Origin: Bugula neritina
Taxonomy: Eukaryota; Animalia; Bryozoa
Assembly (NCBI GenBank): GCA_964035545.1
Contig: OZ037765.1
Span: 10,798,698 to 10,862,697 of the forward strand
Direction: 5' to 3'
DNA length: 64,000 bases
This document shows, piece by piece, positions 1 to 13,500 of the stretch. Both the position numbers and the translations under genes were made by a program. Under the pieces are notes generated by a model, which did no database searches, was not told the DNA's origin, and saw nothing but the letters and a program-made list of their open reading frames with translations. Every line of letters starts with the position of its first letter. Positions within the stretch are counted from its first letter, which is position 1.

Positions 1-122
1 AATTAGAGTTAGCTAATGTGAATGATCTTTGCCTGCTTAACTCCGTTTATTTATAGTTTTAATTTGCAGGTATAGATGTTTATCGTGGAAAGAGTTAAAC
101 AAAGGTTTACGCTTCATAAAAC

Positions 123-3100
123 ATGTCTGTCAACTTACCTCTGCTTGGTAGGTAGACATTTGGTCTTGACTTTCAAGGTTCACTTATAATAGTCTTTAGC
201 TATTGACAGCAAACAATGTTTTATAGACTTTGTTGTATCACACTCACAAACAGCAACAAGTTAAAAATATGTTCCAATTATTATACTTTTCAAAATGATG
301 AGCTTCCTACAGCTGTGTATGTATTTTAGCTCAAGCTAACTAAGCTTGTCACCTAGCATAGTAGGAGTTACGCAGAGTCTGCTCTGCCCCAACTAGCACT
401 AACTACTGTATACAATAACAGCTTTGTTTTGTTATGAACTTTTTGGAAATTATTCTTAGTGGGATTTGTCGAACAAATTAAATGTAGAATGTAATTGCCA
501 GAATAGTAGGTAGATGCAAGTAGGATAACATATAAAACAAAGCAACTCCTCAAACATTGTAATAATGCATGTAACCTTTGCTGTTGCTTTCCTTGAAATA
601 AAACAGAATTTTGCATGAACGTAAAATTTTATAGAAGTGAATATTTTATAGACCTCCCCAGTCTGTAAAGATATGTGGCCCTTACATTGTGTTTTTTTTC
701 CAATATGGCTAGTCTTATCAAAGAGCTTGCTATTTTGTTTTAATACTTTTATATAGGGGTGAAGGCATTTGTTGATGCAAAATCCGATCACGCAGACACC
801 AGTGCCGCTGTCTCATCTGTGTTGGAGAAGTTGGGCGCTGTTGTATACGATAAGCTTCTTCCAAACGTTACCCACGTCATCTTTAAAGATGGTAGTAAAA
901 GCACAGAACTTAAAGCAAGGAAACTTGGGGTTCATTTAGTTAGCGTCAGTTGGGTTGAAAGGTGCATACATACTTATTTGTCAACCGTAATTTTCTATAC
1001 AACAAAAATTATGATGAAAGTTTTAGTTTAATTTAATATTAAAATATTCCAAATGGTTTTGATTGAGAATGATTTACAACGGATGCTTTGTTCGTGCTTT
1101 ATTTTAATGGCTCTTTAATAATATTTATGAGTCATCAGTTTCATTATGAGTCATTCTGGTATTTACAGTTGCCGACAATCTAATCAGAGATCATCTGAAC
1201 ATCAGTTTCGGGTAGATCTGGAAAACAGTACAGGTAAAAGGGTATGTGTCGGATTTTCATAGATTTTACGGTCCATTGCTTGCACCAACTTATAGTTGAC
1301 AGCAGTTCAGCTCTTATGATATTTTATAGTTTCGTTTTGTAGAAAAAGAAATTAATTCAGCCCAAGACTTTTGAAGCAGAGCTTCAAGATGCTGCAATGA
1401 AATTGGCAAAAGAGAAGCAGAAGAAAGAAAAACATGGTATTGAGATTCCCGCTACTCTCAATATTGTAAGTCACACTAAATACTCACTAACTTGCCACTA
1501 ATCACCATTATATTCTAGTAGTGCTGCTCTTATGTAGTTATATAGTTTGATTAGTTTTTGTAGAGAAGAGAATTTTTTAGTGATGTATACATTTACCATC
1601 ACATAACCTAACTTACAGCCTAGTTCTGTCGCCATATTATGCCAATTAGTGTTGTGTCAACCATTCTCATGTAAACTGGTTTTTAATCATTGGATTTAGT
1701 CATTCCAACGTTTTACTTGTTCAGTTGCCATCTAGTGTTCTATTATTACTGGGTCTGCATTATGTTACTTACAACACATCACAAAAAATAACATTAAATG
1801 TTATTGTTTTGAGAAATTGTCAGCAATAAAATATTCGTCAAAGTTGCCCATCGATACTTCACATCTCGTTTCATGCGTCATTTATGCAGATAATTGTGCC
1901 AATCATATCATCATCATATTTTCAACCTAGTATTTTTACCTAGATTGCAGATCGTATGAATTTAGACCGTGTACTCGCTCATTGGACACCCCCGTCCTTA
2001 CAACGTAAACTAGATCGATGGAGGGAAGAGCAAGCTTCTGGCTCCAAGCCTCTCAACTCTTCCAGTAAGTCTTCCTTGCTGTCACGTTGTGCTGTGCAAG
2101 TAAACTCGTAAATTGTTGATGTTTTGTTGATAAGCTTCACGTCTAATATATATTTTATTAGGGACTCCTCTAAGACCTCCCCATCCAAATGAAATTCTCG
2201 GAAACAGTCCAGAGCTGAGAGCTTCACAAAAGGAAGTAGATAAAGCTTGTGTGATAGTCCCCATGTCGGTGTCCAAAAGTCCATCAAAGCCTGGCTGTAA
2301 TTATGTTGTTCCCGAGACACCGCTCAACTGTAGGAATATGCAGGAATGTTCAAGTATGGACCTGTGTACAACTGCAAATTCACATATTCATGGGGAAAAA
2401 ATAACTTTATCTGACTCAATGTCCCCCACTTTAGAGTGGGATCAGAATGTAGACTCGTTTCTTAACCAGCAAATCTCAGGCTCACCTTTACCTCCTGATT
2501 CCAGGCTAACAGCTGTCAGTCCAGCAGAAAAGAATACAGGCAACTTATCTTCCTTTATACCTGAGTTGAGTTTGTCTGAGGATGTATCTCTGCCTTCACT
2601 GGACAGCGGTGTGTCCTCTAACTCAGCTCTGGATATCTCTGTAACTGTCAAGAAACCGTTGAAAGTTAGGAGATCTTTAGGTAATAACTTGCGGAAAAAG
2701 TTTGTTTCTCCAATTAGATCGGACTCTAAGAACGAAACCAAAGCATCAACACCCATAAAAATTATCAATTCTCATTCCAATACTGCAAGTTTTGCTGAGT
2801 CATCTAAAACCCCAGATATGAGTAAGTTGAATAATGCATTCTCCAAGTTAAAGCCTCCACGAAGATCTAGTAGCGTAAATTCTGTACAGTCTAGTTCTAA
2901 GCCTGCTGTATCTAAAAAAATCCAATCAGCTTCTAGAAAGTCTAGCTGCTCAGCCATCATCCTGAAAGCGAAGTCATCCGATCTAGCGCCATCGTCTGAG
3001 CAGGTCAATAGTTCACACTTGGCAGCAAACCTCTCACTGACAGATGAAATCTTGGGTAGTTCGCTGAAGTTCACCGGCTCTTTCAGCTGCCAAAGTAAAA

Positions 3101-5757
3101 AATCAGGTTAGATGCTGTTCCACGCGAACTTCTTTACATTCACAATATCTATCACTTAGCTGTATCCGCAGTTGCCATGTTTGCATTGTTCACATCTTAT
3201 GTTTCAAAACAGTTTGAATATGTACATGTACAATGGGAATAAGTTGTGGTCTACATTTTGAATGGTCTTTATATTTTGTCAGCTGGTGGTCAACGTAGTC
3301 GGATCTCAGAGGATAAGTCTGGAAGTAAAAAGGGAAAAAGAAGTAAAAGAATAGTTTCCTTTATGTCAGATACCGACACATCTGGCGCAGGTGGTAGTGT
3401 TAGTTGCTCTGATTCCATCCATCAGCAGAATGATGACTCTGCCGATATAAGTTCCAGTGTATCTTTACACAATAGTACACAGGATGGTACTGAGAAAGGC
3501 AATGTGTTCGTGTCTGATGATGATGTGTGGATGTTTGATTCCAATCATCAGTTAGAGACATCCGGTCGAAAGTCCAGTACATCAGCTGAAACTTCATCAA
3601 GTTCTGGTCATAACAAACTAACTGGTCAGCCACTGGAGACCAGGCTCTACCTAAGTGAGATCAATTTAAATCACCGACAATCACGCTCATCTAAGAAGCC
3701 TAATATTGTCCTAACTAGTCTACATTCAGGGTAAGTTAAATGCTGTTATTTAACTCAGTAACTTGCATAAAATCATGTCTGTTGTTACAAATGATATGTG
3801 GTAGAAATATACAGTACGGATTCCTTTTTCTATATGTATTTTTATTTTCAGCTACAAATGGCGGTATGTTATAATTTTGATTGTTGAAACTGACTTTTCT
3901 GTTCAAAAATACTGTACCAATCATATTACTGGCTGAGTGTGTTGCTATGTACTGTTACATGCATGTGTTGAGTATGTTAGTGCATGCCTTCCTTTTATTT
4001 TATATAGTCACAATGTACACTTGCCAAAATTTTATTTTCATATAAACGCTAATTGTTTACTAAAATTGTTACAAATCATTTAATTTTTTGCATAAACTGT
4101 TTTTGCTGTAATAGAGACCGATCTATGGTGAAAAACATCATCAAAAAACTTGGGAGTTATGCCATCAATACAGTCGTTGATCGGGATACCACTCATGTTG
4201 TGTGTGGAGATGGACGTCGTACATTAAATGTGCTTAAAGGAATATCCTATGGCTGTTGGATTGTGTCTGTTGAATGGGTGAGAACTTAGTCCATATCTAC
4301 ATTGTGTCACCAAGTTATTCTGTCAAACTTATATGTAATTAGCAAATAAATATATGGAATAAAATTTTTTTGTGTAAAATACATAAGATATCATTTTTCA
4401 ATGAAAATTCTATTCATTTGCTCATATTTTTGTTTACATGTTTTATTGCTTTTTATACTTGGTTGTGTGTACTTTCTTTCCTCTATCTTAGGTTATGAAT
4501 TCTTGCTTTATTATTTTATAATTAGCAAAAACAATCAGTTTAGAATTGAATATCCGAATGAGAGTTTTTCATGCGTTGTGGCTTGATGTGCAGACATTAA
4601 TTGTTGGTAATTTCTGTCAGAGTTTTGGAGGTTCTTGTGGTTGCAGGTGTTGAGATCTCTTGAAGAAGGCGATTGGACTCGGGATGAGTCTAAATATTTG
4701 ATGACCAAGTCATTTCACGGATGCAATCTTACAAAAAGGCAGCATATCCGTACAAAAGGCAACCGATTGCTGTCTTCATTGAGTTCAATATATATAGCCA
4801 ATGATGTAATGCCTCCAAAAATGGATTTAACTCGGTTGATATCTCTAAATGGTGGACAGGTAAAGGAAACAATTTTGGTTTGATAAAACTCTCCAACTGG
4901 ATTTTCGAGTTTCAGTTGTTTGTTGATTTGTTCATGTGTACATCTAGCATATGCCCAAACCCCACAGATCTTTGACGGGGAATGTAATAGGCAATAACCA
5001 TGTCTTTCCAGGTTGTTAATGTGAGAAGAGCCAGCAAGATAGTCATTACTCAGACAGCTACATCACTCAAAGACAAGCGACCAGAAATAAAACCCAGTTG
5101 GGTGCTAGGTTAGTATTTTGACATTTGTTAGCTATTTCCTTGGTTCTTTTCTTGGGATAATTTTATTGCCAAGTTCACTGGGCTGGTTGCAAGTTTCGTT
5201 GAGTTGTAATTTTTTTATAATCACACTTTTTTAATAATTGCTTGACGTAATTTCATCAGTTTGATTACCAAATAGACAATACATGTATACAACTCTTATT
5301 GAACAAACTTAGTTTTGCTAGCATACAAATGTAATTGGTTTTGTACTTGAGAGGCTTTTAGGTTTCATTTTAATTACCCATTTCTTATATGAATTTTGCT
5401 TTACCTCAATTGGATTGAATTTATTTCTTGTCAGAAGCCTTATTCAATTTGGCTAATGTCTGGCCCTTGGTATTTTGTGATCTTTGTCTAACTGAATGTT
5501 GAAAATATTTTATTTGATTTCTGAAATTGTATCAAAATTTTAAATATTAATTTAAGAAGTGTTATACTCACTACAAAATGTTGGTGTTAAAATTATATTG
5601 TTAGCTATCCAAGTTTGTGTAGTTTATTGCTGGCTTTTTTGTAGACTGCGTCACGACTCAGAAGTTATTAAGTTATGTACCATATATGTGCTCTTCACCA
5701 GACAGCCCTGACAATGATAGTGACAGCATTGAGAGTAATGCTGTGTTCAATAGCTAG
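123..5757 (+). CDS. MCPH1: Microcephalin (N-terminal BRCT, Ser-rich linker, C-terminal tandem BRCT), ~11 exons
   Basis: Approximate GT-AG exons: 123-147 (MSVNLPLL), 757-961 (VKAFVD...VTHVIFKDGSKSTELKARKLGVHLVSVSWVE), 1169-1241, 1343-1436 (KKKLIQPKTF), 1951-2064, 2162-3106, 3282-3731 (KPNIVLTSLHS), 4114-4277 (TTHVVCGDGRRTLNVLKGISYGCWIVSVEW), 4648-4859, 5012-5108 (KPSWVL), 5645-5757 (DCVTTQK...stop). These motifs match the MCPH1 BRCT1 (VTHVIFKDG...VSVLWV) and BRCT2/3 (RTLNVL.GI..GCW; WVLD) signatures. Confidence 0.88.
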
Positions 5758-6478
5758 TTCTGTGAACTTTGTATCTCAGGTTGCGTCTTACTAACTATTA
5801 TTCTTACTAAATAGCTATATTAAATTATTTTTAACTGATAAATGAACTCGTATACATAATATTATTTTATTGTTTATGCTGTATTCACATTGGTTGTGTT
5901 TAAACAGAATATTTTATTTTGACTTGTAATGTTGAAAGACAACACATCTCATCCAAATGATACAATTTTATCCATTTTCTAACTATAAAAGCCAAGCCGG
6001 TTATTGGTTTTGTGTAACTATCAATTTTGCATCATTTTAGTGATAGGCAAAATCATCACCATTACTCTTAAAATATTGCTAATGATTCTGGTACTTCCAA
6101 CTTTATTTAGTAGTTTGTCTTCTTGTTGAGTTAAATGTTCAAATTTGTCTTTTTATCTAATAAACTGCAATGAATATTCAATAATATTTTTGTGAAAAAT
6201 CAATGTTGGCTAGTAGAGTTCTACTAGTTATATTGACTGCATAAATTGTAAAAATATTTGTCATGTCCAATAATACAATATTTGTTTTGCAGAGTAAATA
6301 CTGCACAGTCACTGTATATAGTGCTATATTGCATCATGAAGCCAACATTCTAATGATCCCCAGCATGCTTTTTTGCATTGGGGGAGGGGGGTAAGAGAGT
6401 CTTTGCTTGAAAGGGGTGGATATTATTTTCTTAGAGAGCCAACTGATATAATCTGCAACTATGTGAGTTTATCTAAGA

Positions 6479-6630
6479 GGGAGCAGCCATTGGTGATGTT
6501 AAGAAGAGCATCCAGTCATAATTTCTCCTGTACATTATGTGAATAAGTCATTAGCTTGCTTTAAAATCTCCTTTTCCAGCAGGGGTTCTCAGGGATAGTG
6601 ACTATAAACTTCTGCAAGTTGTTTTACGTA
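6479..6630 (+). mobile_element. MetaSINE-like SINE copy with tRNA head internally deleted
   Basis: GGGAGCAGCC joined directly to ATTGGTGATGTTAAGAAGAGCATCCAGTCATAA...CAGGGATAGTGACTATAAACTT; collinear with the reverse complement of 39375-39601. Confidence 0.7.
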
Positions 6631-6778
6631 TGTTTATCTGAGAACACAGCCGGCATGTTCACACAAGTGTTTGGTTCACAAAACTTCTAGAGAATTTTCC
6701 ACAGGTTTGAATGGCCGATTATGTAAATAAAATGGGTGCCATTCTATTTCTAGAATTATGTTCTCTCAATTGTTTTAC

Positions 6779-6862
6779 AACACATACATATATGTATATA
6801 CATACGCACACATATACACACACATACATACCCATATGCATACATATATACATACACATTTA
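6779..6862. repeat. Compound (CA/TA)n microsatellite
   Basis: cacatacatatatgtatatacatacgcacacatatacacacacatac... Confidence 0.8.
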
Positions 6863-7419
6863 CATCTGACGCTTATCTTATAGTTATCTACCAACATCTA
6901 AACTCTCAATATGAATTCTTCAATACAAAATTCAACACATACCCCAGATGAAATGGAAAGAAGTTTTTAGAATAATTTACAGTAAAGGAAATAAAATGGA
7001 ATAATTAATCCTATTGGTAGTCAATGATGACTTTTGCTAATAAATATGTAGCTTGTTACTCAAAGGGCGTTAACTAAAATTCAAGCGATTCAACTTCAAG
7101 TAAATGTGCTAGCCTACCAATTACCGCTTCAACTATCGCTTTTTATATTTGACTTGCTCATTATTTGTTAATTTTTAAAGGACATCAAGCAACAATCTAG
7201 CGAGTCACACATCACTATTAGAAAGCGGTTTCCGCATCAAATCCAATATGGTTTTAATGAAGGTTTAAGCTTTGTGGAGTTGAACTAACTGAAATTGAGC
7301 ATTTTATTTAGCAAAGGTATAAACACATTTTTATAATTACTCTAGATTTAGCTTGTTCAATGTTGTAAATAATCAATAAGGCAAAAGTTTATAGTACCCA
7401 TGGCTGTTTAAGACTAAGC

Positions 7420-8100
7420 GTAATAGTAATACTGTAAGTGTAATACTAATAGTAATACAGTAATACTGTAATACTCTAATAGTAATAGTAATAGTAATAC
7501 TGTAAATCAGTATCACAAATGTAATACTAATAGTAATAGTAATACTATAACTATAGTAATACTAATAGTAATAATTATAATAATATTATTATAATTATTA
7601 GTATTACTAAGTCTAATAGTAATATTGGTATTACTTAATACTTAAAGTTAGAGACTAAAGTTTTTACTTATACTTATACTTATAGTTATAGTATAACTAT
7701 AAGTATTGCTATTACGAATAGTAATATCAATCTTTAGAGTTAGTCATTACATTACTCATTATGATTACTATTACTATTAGTATTACTATTAGTAATACTA
7801 ATAGTAATAGTATTACTATTACTATTAGTGTTACATTTACTGATTGAGTGATTTACTGTATTCCTATTACTTACTATTAGTATAAGTATTGCTAATAGTA
7901 AAAGTAATAATATATATATTGCTGTTACGATTGATATTACTATTAGATTTACTTTTCGTTTTACTATTAGTATTAGTGTTATACTATTACTATTACTATT
8001 AGTATTAGACTTAGAGTTAGTATTACACTTTCATTTTGATTTTGATTTAATGATTAAATCAAAATGAAAGTGAAAGTGTGATACTAATAGTAATACATCA
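7420..8100. repeat. AT-rich TAGTAA/TAATAC low-complexity tract with inverted halves
   Basis: TAGTAATAC-type units dominate 7420-7580 and their complement (TATTACTA) dominates 7750-8010; near-perfect palindrome at about 7554-7609. Confidence 0.75.
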
Positions 8101-8690
8101 ATGTGACTTAGACCTAATTTTGTAAATTTATATTTTTAGTCTAGCCAAGACTTATTTACCTGCAAAGCTACTGAATCTCTAATTGATTTTGTTGTTCAAT
8201 CCAGTTTGAGTATTTTTATAGAAAGTACCAGTAAAGCTTGAATTGACTAGCTTCACAATCAAACTTACCTAACTTAGCAAGACTTAAATGTTGTTTACTA
8301 AGTAAACAAATCTAATCAAGTCTTTTGTTTTTAGCAAGTCAACCAAGAGTGAAAACCTTCAAAACTTTGGTAAAGAAAAGGAATTTCAAGTATTCCAGTG
8401 AGTAAGTCAGAAAATTTGATTGAAGCTACACTCCTGCTATTGTCATTCCTTCAATTTTGAATTTTTAATCTTTCATCATTTAATATACTAAGTGATGGGT
8501 CTTTCACTCCGTAGTATTTTTGTTTTGATAAGAAAGCCAGATCTACAACTTTATTTTTATAGTGCAATTATGCAATAAATAAACAAACAATTTGTTTCAA
8601 TTAGCCTTGGATACATCCAATTTACGTGTCATCTTGAATTTGTGCATTAATTTTCTTGCACTTTTTTATCTAGCTTCTGGGATAATCAAT

Positions 8691-10007
8691 ATGGCATGCA
8701 GATTGTCGAGATTTACTCGACTAGTTGTTGGTTCCAAGTCTATGCCGAGAAGCATGTGCAACGCTCCAACAAGGGCTGTGTTAGAGGCCAAGGGAGAGTG
8801 GTTGGCGGACACTATACCTGACATAACATTAATTAAGCATCACTCTGACAAGTTAACAGAGAGCTTGATTCAGAGAATTCATGTAAACAATCTGGAAGAT
8901 GCCGATCAGATGGTAGAATCACTAAAAGAGACTCTTATGGAATATGAAAATAACCGTGATGTTTATCAAAATCTTTTACAGGCTGCAAAAACACCGAATA
9001 TAAGTAGCAAGTCTAAATTGGAATATTACGAATTAAAAAGTGCAGTCAAGGCTGCTAAATCCACTCTTGATGCTTCATATGATGAATTCATAAACTTGTA
9101 TAACAGCATGCCAAACATAATTAGTAATGCCCAGCACAGTTCAAACCACAAGTCTACAGACCTGAAGATACCAGGTTTAGACAGCTTGGCACCACCTGCC
9201 ATACCAAATAGCCTCAAATCTGATGATGCTCATCAAGAAAATTTTAATCTGAATTATGTGATTGGTGACAAAGCATTGCTTGAACTGAATATTTGTGACT
9301 TTACTAATGATTTCTTAGAAGAGTATAAGTTTCTTCCCGTTGCAGCTACCAGTTTCCTGAGAACTGAGGCACTTCAGCAAACGGGTCTAATGATGAACTC
9401 TTTTTATGATATTTATACCCTGCAGACAAAGAGCGAGTTACATGCCAATGATACACGAGCATTGCAAAGTGATAGTTACACTCGAAAAGAAAAGTTTGAA
9501 GATTCACATGTTTTTCATTTGCAAGGTGTGTGTGAAGCTTTGCTGGTAGCCATGTTTATCCGTACCAAATGCCAGGCTCTCCCAATGCAAATATATTCCT
9601 TAGGCAGTCAATATAGGATGACTCATACTGGAAAATCCATGCAGTCTAAAGTGGCGCAATTTTTAAATGCATCGAGTACCGAGACTGAGGCAGATTCGTG
9701 CTACGAATATAATATCCAGATGGTCGATAGATTTTGGAGTATGCTCAACATTAAGGCCACCAAACGATTGGTGCCAGCTTATGAGTTGAAACAGCACGAA
9801 GCAGCAGCTGTTGAGTTTATTTTAAGCGATGAACGGTTTCAACAAAACTTGAAAAATATTGTGGTGCTCTCTCGAGTTTGTATAAGCTATGACTTCATTA
9901 GTAGAAGAATAATGGCTTATTCAATTCCCAGTGAGGATGTATCTTTTTGTCATTTTGTTTCAGGTGAATTAATTGATGTAAATAGTTTGTTAGATATGTT
10001 GGCTTGA
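8691..10007 (+). CDS. Seryl-tRNA synthetase-like mitochondrial protein (SLIMP-like, degenerate class II aaRS paralog), single coding exon
   Basis: First ATG at 8691 after a TTTTATCTAG acceptor-like site. Arg-rich, acid-free N-terminus MACRLSRFTRLVVGSKSMPRS; helical arm region; recognisable but degenerate SerRS motifs: FLPVAATSFLRTEALQQTG (motif 1), LPMQIYSLGSQYR (motif 2), SYDFISRRI, HFVSGELIDVNSLL (motif 3). Confidence 0.8.
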   Translation: MACRLSRFTRLVVGSKSMPRSMCNAPTRAVLEAKGEWLADTIPDITLIKHHSDKLTESLIQRIHVNNLEDADQMVESLKETLMEYENNRDVYQNLLQAAKTPNISSKSKLEYYELKSAVKAAKSTLDASYDEFINLYNSMPNIISNAQHSSNHKSTDLKIPGLDSLAPPAIPNSLKSDDAHQENFNLNYVIGDKALLELNICDFTNDFLEEYKFLPVAATSFLRTEALQQTGLMMNSFYDIYTLQTKSELHANDTRALQSDSYTRKEKFEDSHVFHLQGVCEALLVAMFIRTKCQALPMQIYSLGSQYRMTHTGKSMQSKVAQFLNASSTETEADSCYEYNIQMVDRFWSMLNIKATKRLVPAYELKQHEAAAVEFILSDERFQQNLKNIVVLSRVCISYDFISRRIMAYSIPSEDVSFCHFVSGELIDVNSLLDMLA

Positions 10008-10550
10008 TTCAAAATTGGGCAGTATCTTTTAAAAGCTGTTGAACAAGTGTATTTTTCTCTAACCTAGTTATGTTTGTAATAAATGCATAAATTTATATAC
10101 ATTTCCATATAATCAATATGTAAATACAATAATATTTCAATTAATGTCATGTTACTTGGTGTGTGTGTTGTTCCCATCACTGACGGATGCTAAATATTTT
10201 TAAATAATTTTTGTATTAAACTTTGCACAATTAGAAGAGGACATGTTCATCTCTGTCAAATAAGTTTATTTCAGGTTTTTTTTTCTATGTTGGGTCTTGT
10301 GGGTAAAATTTGCAATAAAATAGTGTGGTGTGACAATTGTGTTAAGCATTAAAAATGATTAGTATGCTGTTTAGTTTAACATTGAAGTCGAAACATTGAA
10401 AACTGCCTTTCGGGTATTTTAACTGATCTTAAAAGCTGTGCTTTTCATCAGTGAGCAACAACAACTACACTGTTTCCTAGAGGTGTAGTTGAATAGGCAT
10501 TCACATTTGCCATTCTTTATCTTTGTTGATTGCATCAGTTTTTGCTGAAT

Positions 10551-13500
10551 TTACTGGTCTTTTTTATCCTGTAAATTGTCATCAAGTGAAAGTTCAACTT
10601 TGCTCTCTTCATTTTCTTCAGTCTGCAAATAAATACATTTTGCATCAAACTATAACTGTGGGTTGAAATAAACCATTATATTGTTCATGGTTTACTTGTC
10701 ATACAATCATAAACATAATTTAGTAGTTTCCTAAATTAAACTTTATGCAAGAAATTTTAAGGTAGCTTACCTCTGCTTGATCAACTTCAGCTGCACTCAA
10801 GTTAGGTGCCTTTTCTTCAAGCTTTTCCTTGGCAGGTGCATTTTCGGTTGGTACGTTTTCTGCAGGCTGTTTCGTTAGTACTCCATCTACAGTTTGCTCC
10901 AGTAAAGCTCCATCTACAGCTTGCTCCAGTGGAGTTTCTGTTGGTGCTTCATCTGCAGGTTTTTCTACAGCTGTGCTGTGGTCCTGTGGGTTTTGTATGT
11001 TAATCACGTTTCCTTCAGTTATAACCAACTCCAATGAAGGGTGGACAACAAAACCTGGTACATGTTTGACCAGTGCTCGATATTGAGGTAAAGCAGGCCC
11101 ATAGTAAGGGTTTGGTTGGAGAGTAAATTTCAGTTTCTGTATTAGAAAGTATAATTCAGGTGGCAACATGTTTCCAAGAGCCTACACATAATATATGCAA
11201 TAATTATGTCCATTTATCTGTTAGTTGAATAAGTAATTTACATTTTAGTTCTACACATTTTTCAATTATAGTCTGACCATAATATAAGTTCATTGTTTAT
11301 TACTCTATAGTTTTTTTAAGCCAGTAAAATAAATGTTAAAAGGCTAGACTTGGTATTCCTATATGTCATTTTATGGGTTGAAGCTTGAAAGTGTGCAAAC
11401 TTAAAAGCTCTACATATGATTGTAACAAAAATTAATGAGCAAGATTTCAAAATTGTATACCTTCTACTTTATGTAATACGAACACTACTGTGATGATTAG
11501 TGGCAAAAATAATTAAATTGTTGGTGTCTCTTTAAGCTAGATCACTTTTGCTCCTCTACCTAATCTGCAATCCTCATGCTAGTTTCATAATAGTTATTTT
11601 CTGTAGGATTGGTAAATTGACCAGTGACTTTTAAATATTTTTTGATCAAAGACACTTGGTTCATCAATCCAATAACTTTTTCAATTCAATTAGTCTGCTT
11701 TTAATTTACTCTAGAGCAATTGCTTTTAGTATCTGTTCACTATTTATATTTTATTGGTTGGTCATGCTATTAGCAGCCTGTTTAGAATAATATTGTATAA
11801 AGCAAGACTAGAAAATAAACAATTTGAATATATCTGGTTGCAGCAAGGTGCTGGCCTTCTTTGACATATATTAAAGGATGCAAAACTGCTTAATTCATAA
11901 GGCAGTCCAATGTGACTAGTATGATCAGTAAAGCCAACAGATAAATTTATATGTACCTCTAAAATAGTGCTTCCACCTGCATTTTTAAGCCGGTATGCAG
12001 CCACTATTGGTATCCATATTAGCACAGCAAATGTCAGGATCCAGCCAAATGCATTTGCCCAAACTGGTCTGTCTCCAGAATTGTCCAATCCCAAGACAGA
12101 CATCACTAAAATAAACTACAAATTCAAAAGAAATGTGTACAACTTTATAGTCTAATGCAAAAGCAAAATTGATCTAGTTTTTTAAATTTGAGTTCATAAT
12201 TTGAATATTTACATGTATGTTTTTAGGGAACATAATTTTAAATTTGTGATTATAATTTGAATGTTTACATGTAGTCTAGGGAACATGATTTTCTCACCAC
12301 AAGAAGTATTGGCCCAATAATTTGCCAGCAAACTCTCCACCATATAGAAGGCTCTTTCCCGATCATTAATTTAATATCTTGGGCAAACCTGTCATAACCT
12401 AAAAGTAAATTTTGTCTAAACAATTTGCAATGCTGTTTTCTATGAAATTTTAGCATCATTCACTAGCATTCTACTTTGTATTATATTCATGGTATGTTTA
12501 TGTGCACCTATTACAGTGATTAAATTGAAAATATAGTTATAGAAGAGCATAAGCTCTGGAAAATTTTACGCCTTTAAAAAATTGCTTTTGGGCTGTAACT
12601 ACTACAGTACAAAATGTAATTTCAATACACCACCAATCATGATTAAATAATTAATAACTAAATATGCTTATGGTAAAATATTTATAAAAGAAAGACTTTA
12701 GTGAGAGTTGAAATACAATTTTGATTATATTTCAAAGCTGTGTAATTTTACCTCATGAAATTTTAAATACTAACAAATCTCTCTTCTGAAGTAAAACCAC
12801 TAATCTGAGATATAAAGGTATGAACCAAAGGCGAGTCTTTATTTCCTCTTTTTAGTTTATATATTTATAAAGAACTGATCAAAGTCGGCACTAACCATAG
12901 AAGATCATGACGCAGCCAATCTCCAAAAGACACAATACTATTACATTAAATCCTGCACTGTATGTATCCATCAGATCTAGTATGTAGATCCCTCCTTGTG
13001 TAACCATTAGTATCCCTGGAACCATAAACACCAGCATGCACAGTAAGGTAACCAGTGGCTTCCTGCTTCTCCAAGTTGGCCTCACATCAAATAACATGGT
13101 AGTCACTGTTTCTAGCAGTGTGAACTAAAATAAAATAATTGAGGTTTCAATAGCCATGCATTTTAACATCCATATAATATGGTCGACTTTTAGATATTGG
13201 ACTCAAGTGCAGCTTCCCATCTATTATTATTATAATAACTGTGGCATAATTATTACAAATATTATAAGTATGTATCTATAAAATTTTTCCTTCACTGGTA
13301 TTCGAACCTGAGACCTGTGGCTTACAAGCAGGCATGCTACATTACACCACAGGGGCTAATTAGCAATCTCTACACTACAATACTTTAATCTTTAAAGTAA
13401 TAGTCTACATTATTCAAATGCTGGTTTAAAATGAATTATAAACCTTTAGAATGAGCTATTAGCCATCACTCACCTGACTGTCTAAGCCCAATGTCAATAA

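Noticed and set aside
2442-3074. Minus-strand ORFs of 100-108 aa
   Set aside because: Antisense to the large Ser-rich MCPH1 exon.
8592-8690. 33-aa hydrophobic N-terminal extension of the 471-aa ORF
   Set aside because: Begins at TTG in pyrimidine-rich sequence ending in a TAG acceptor-like site; the ATG at 8691 gives a cleaner mitochondrial presequence.
13290-13360. Functional tRNA gene
   Set aside because: The cloverleaf is degenerate (poor acceptor and D-stem pairing) and four divergent copies exist, so it is treated as a tRNA-derived repeat.
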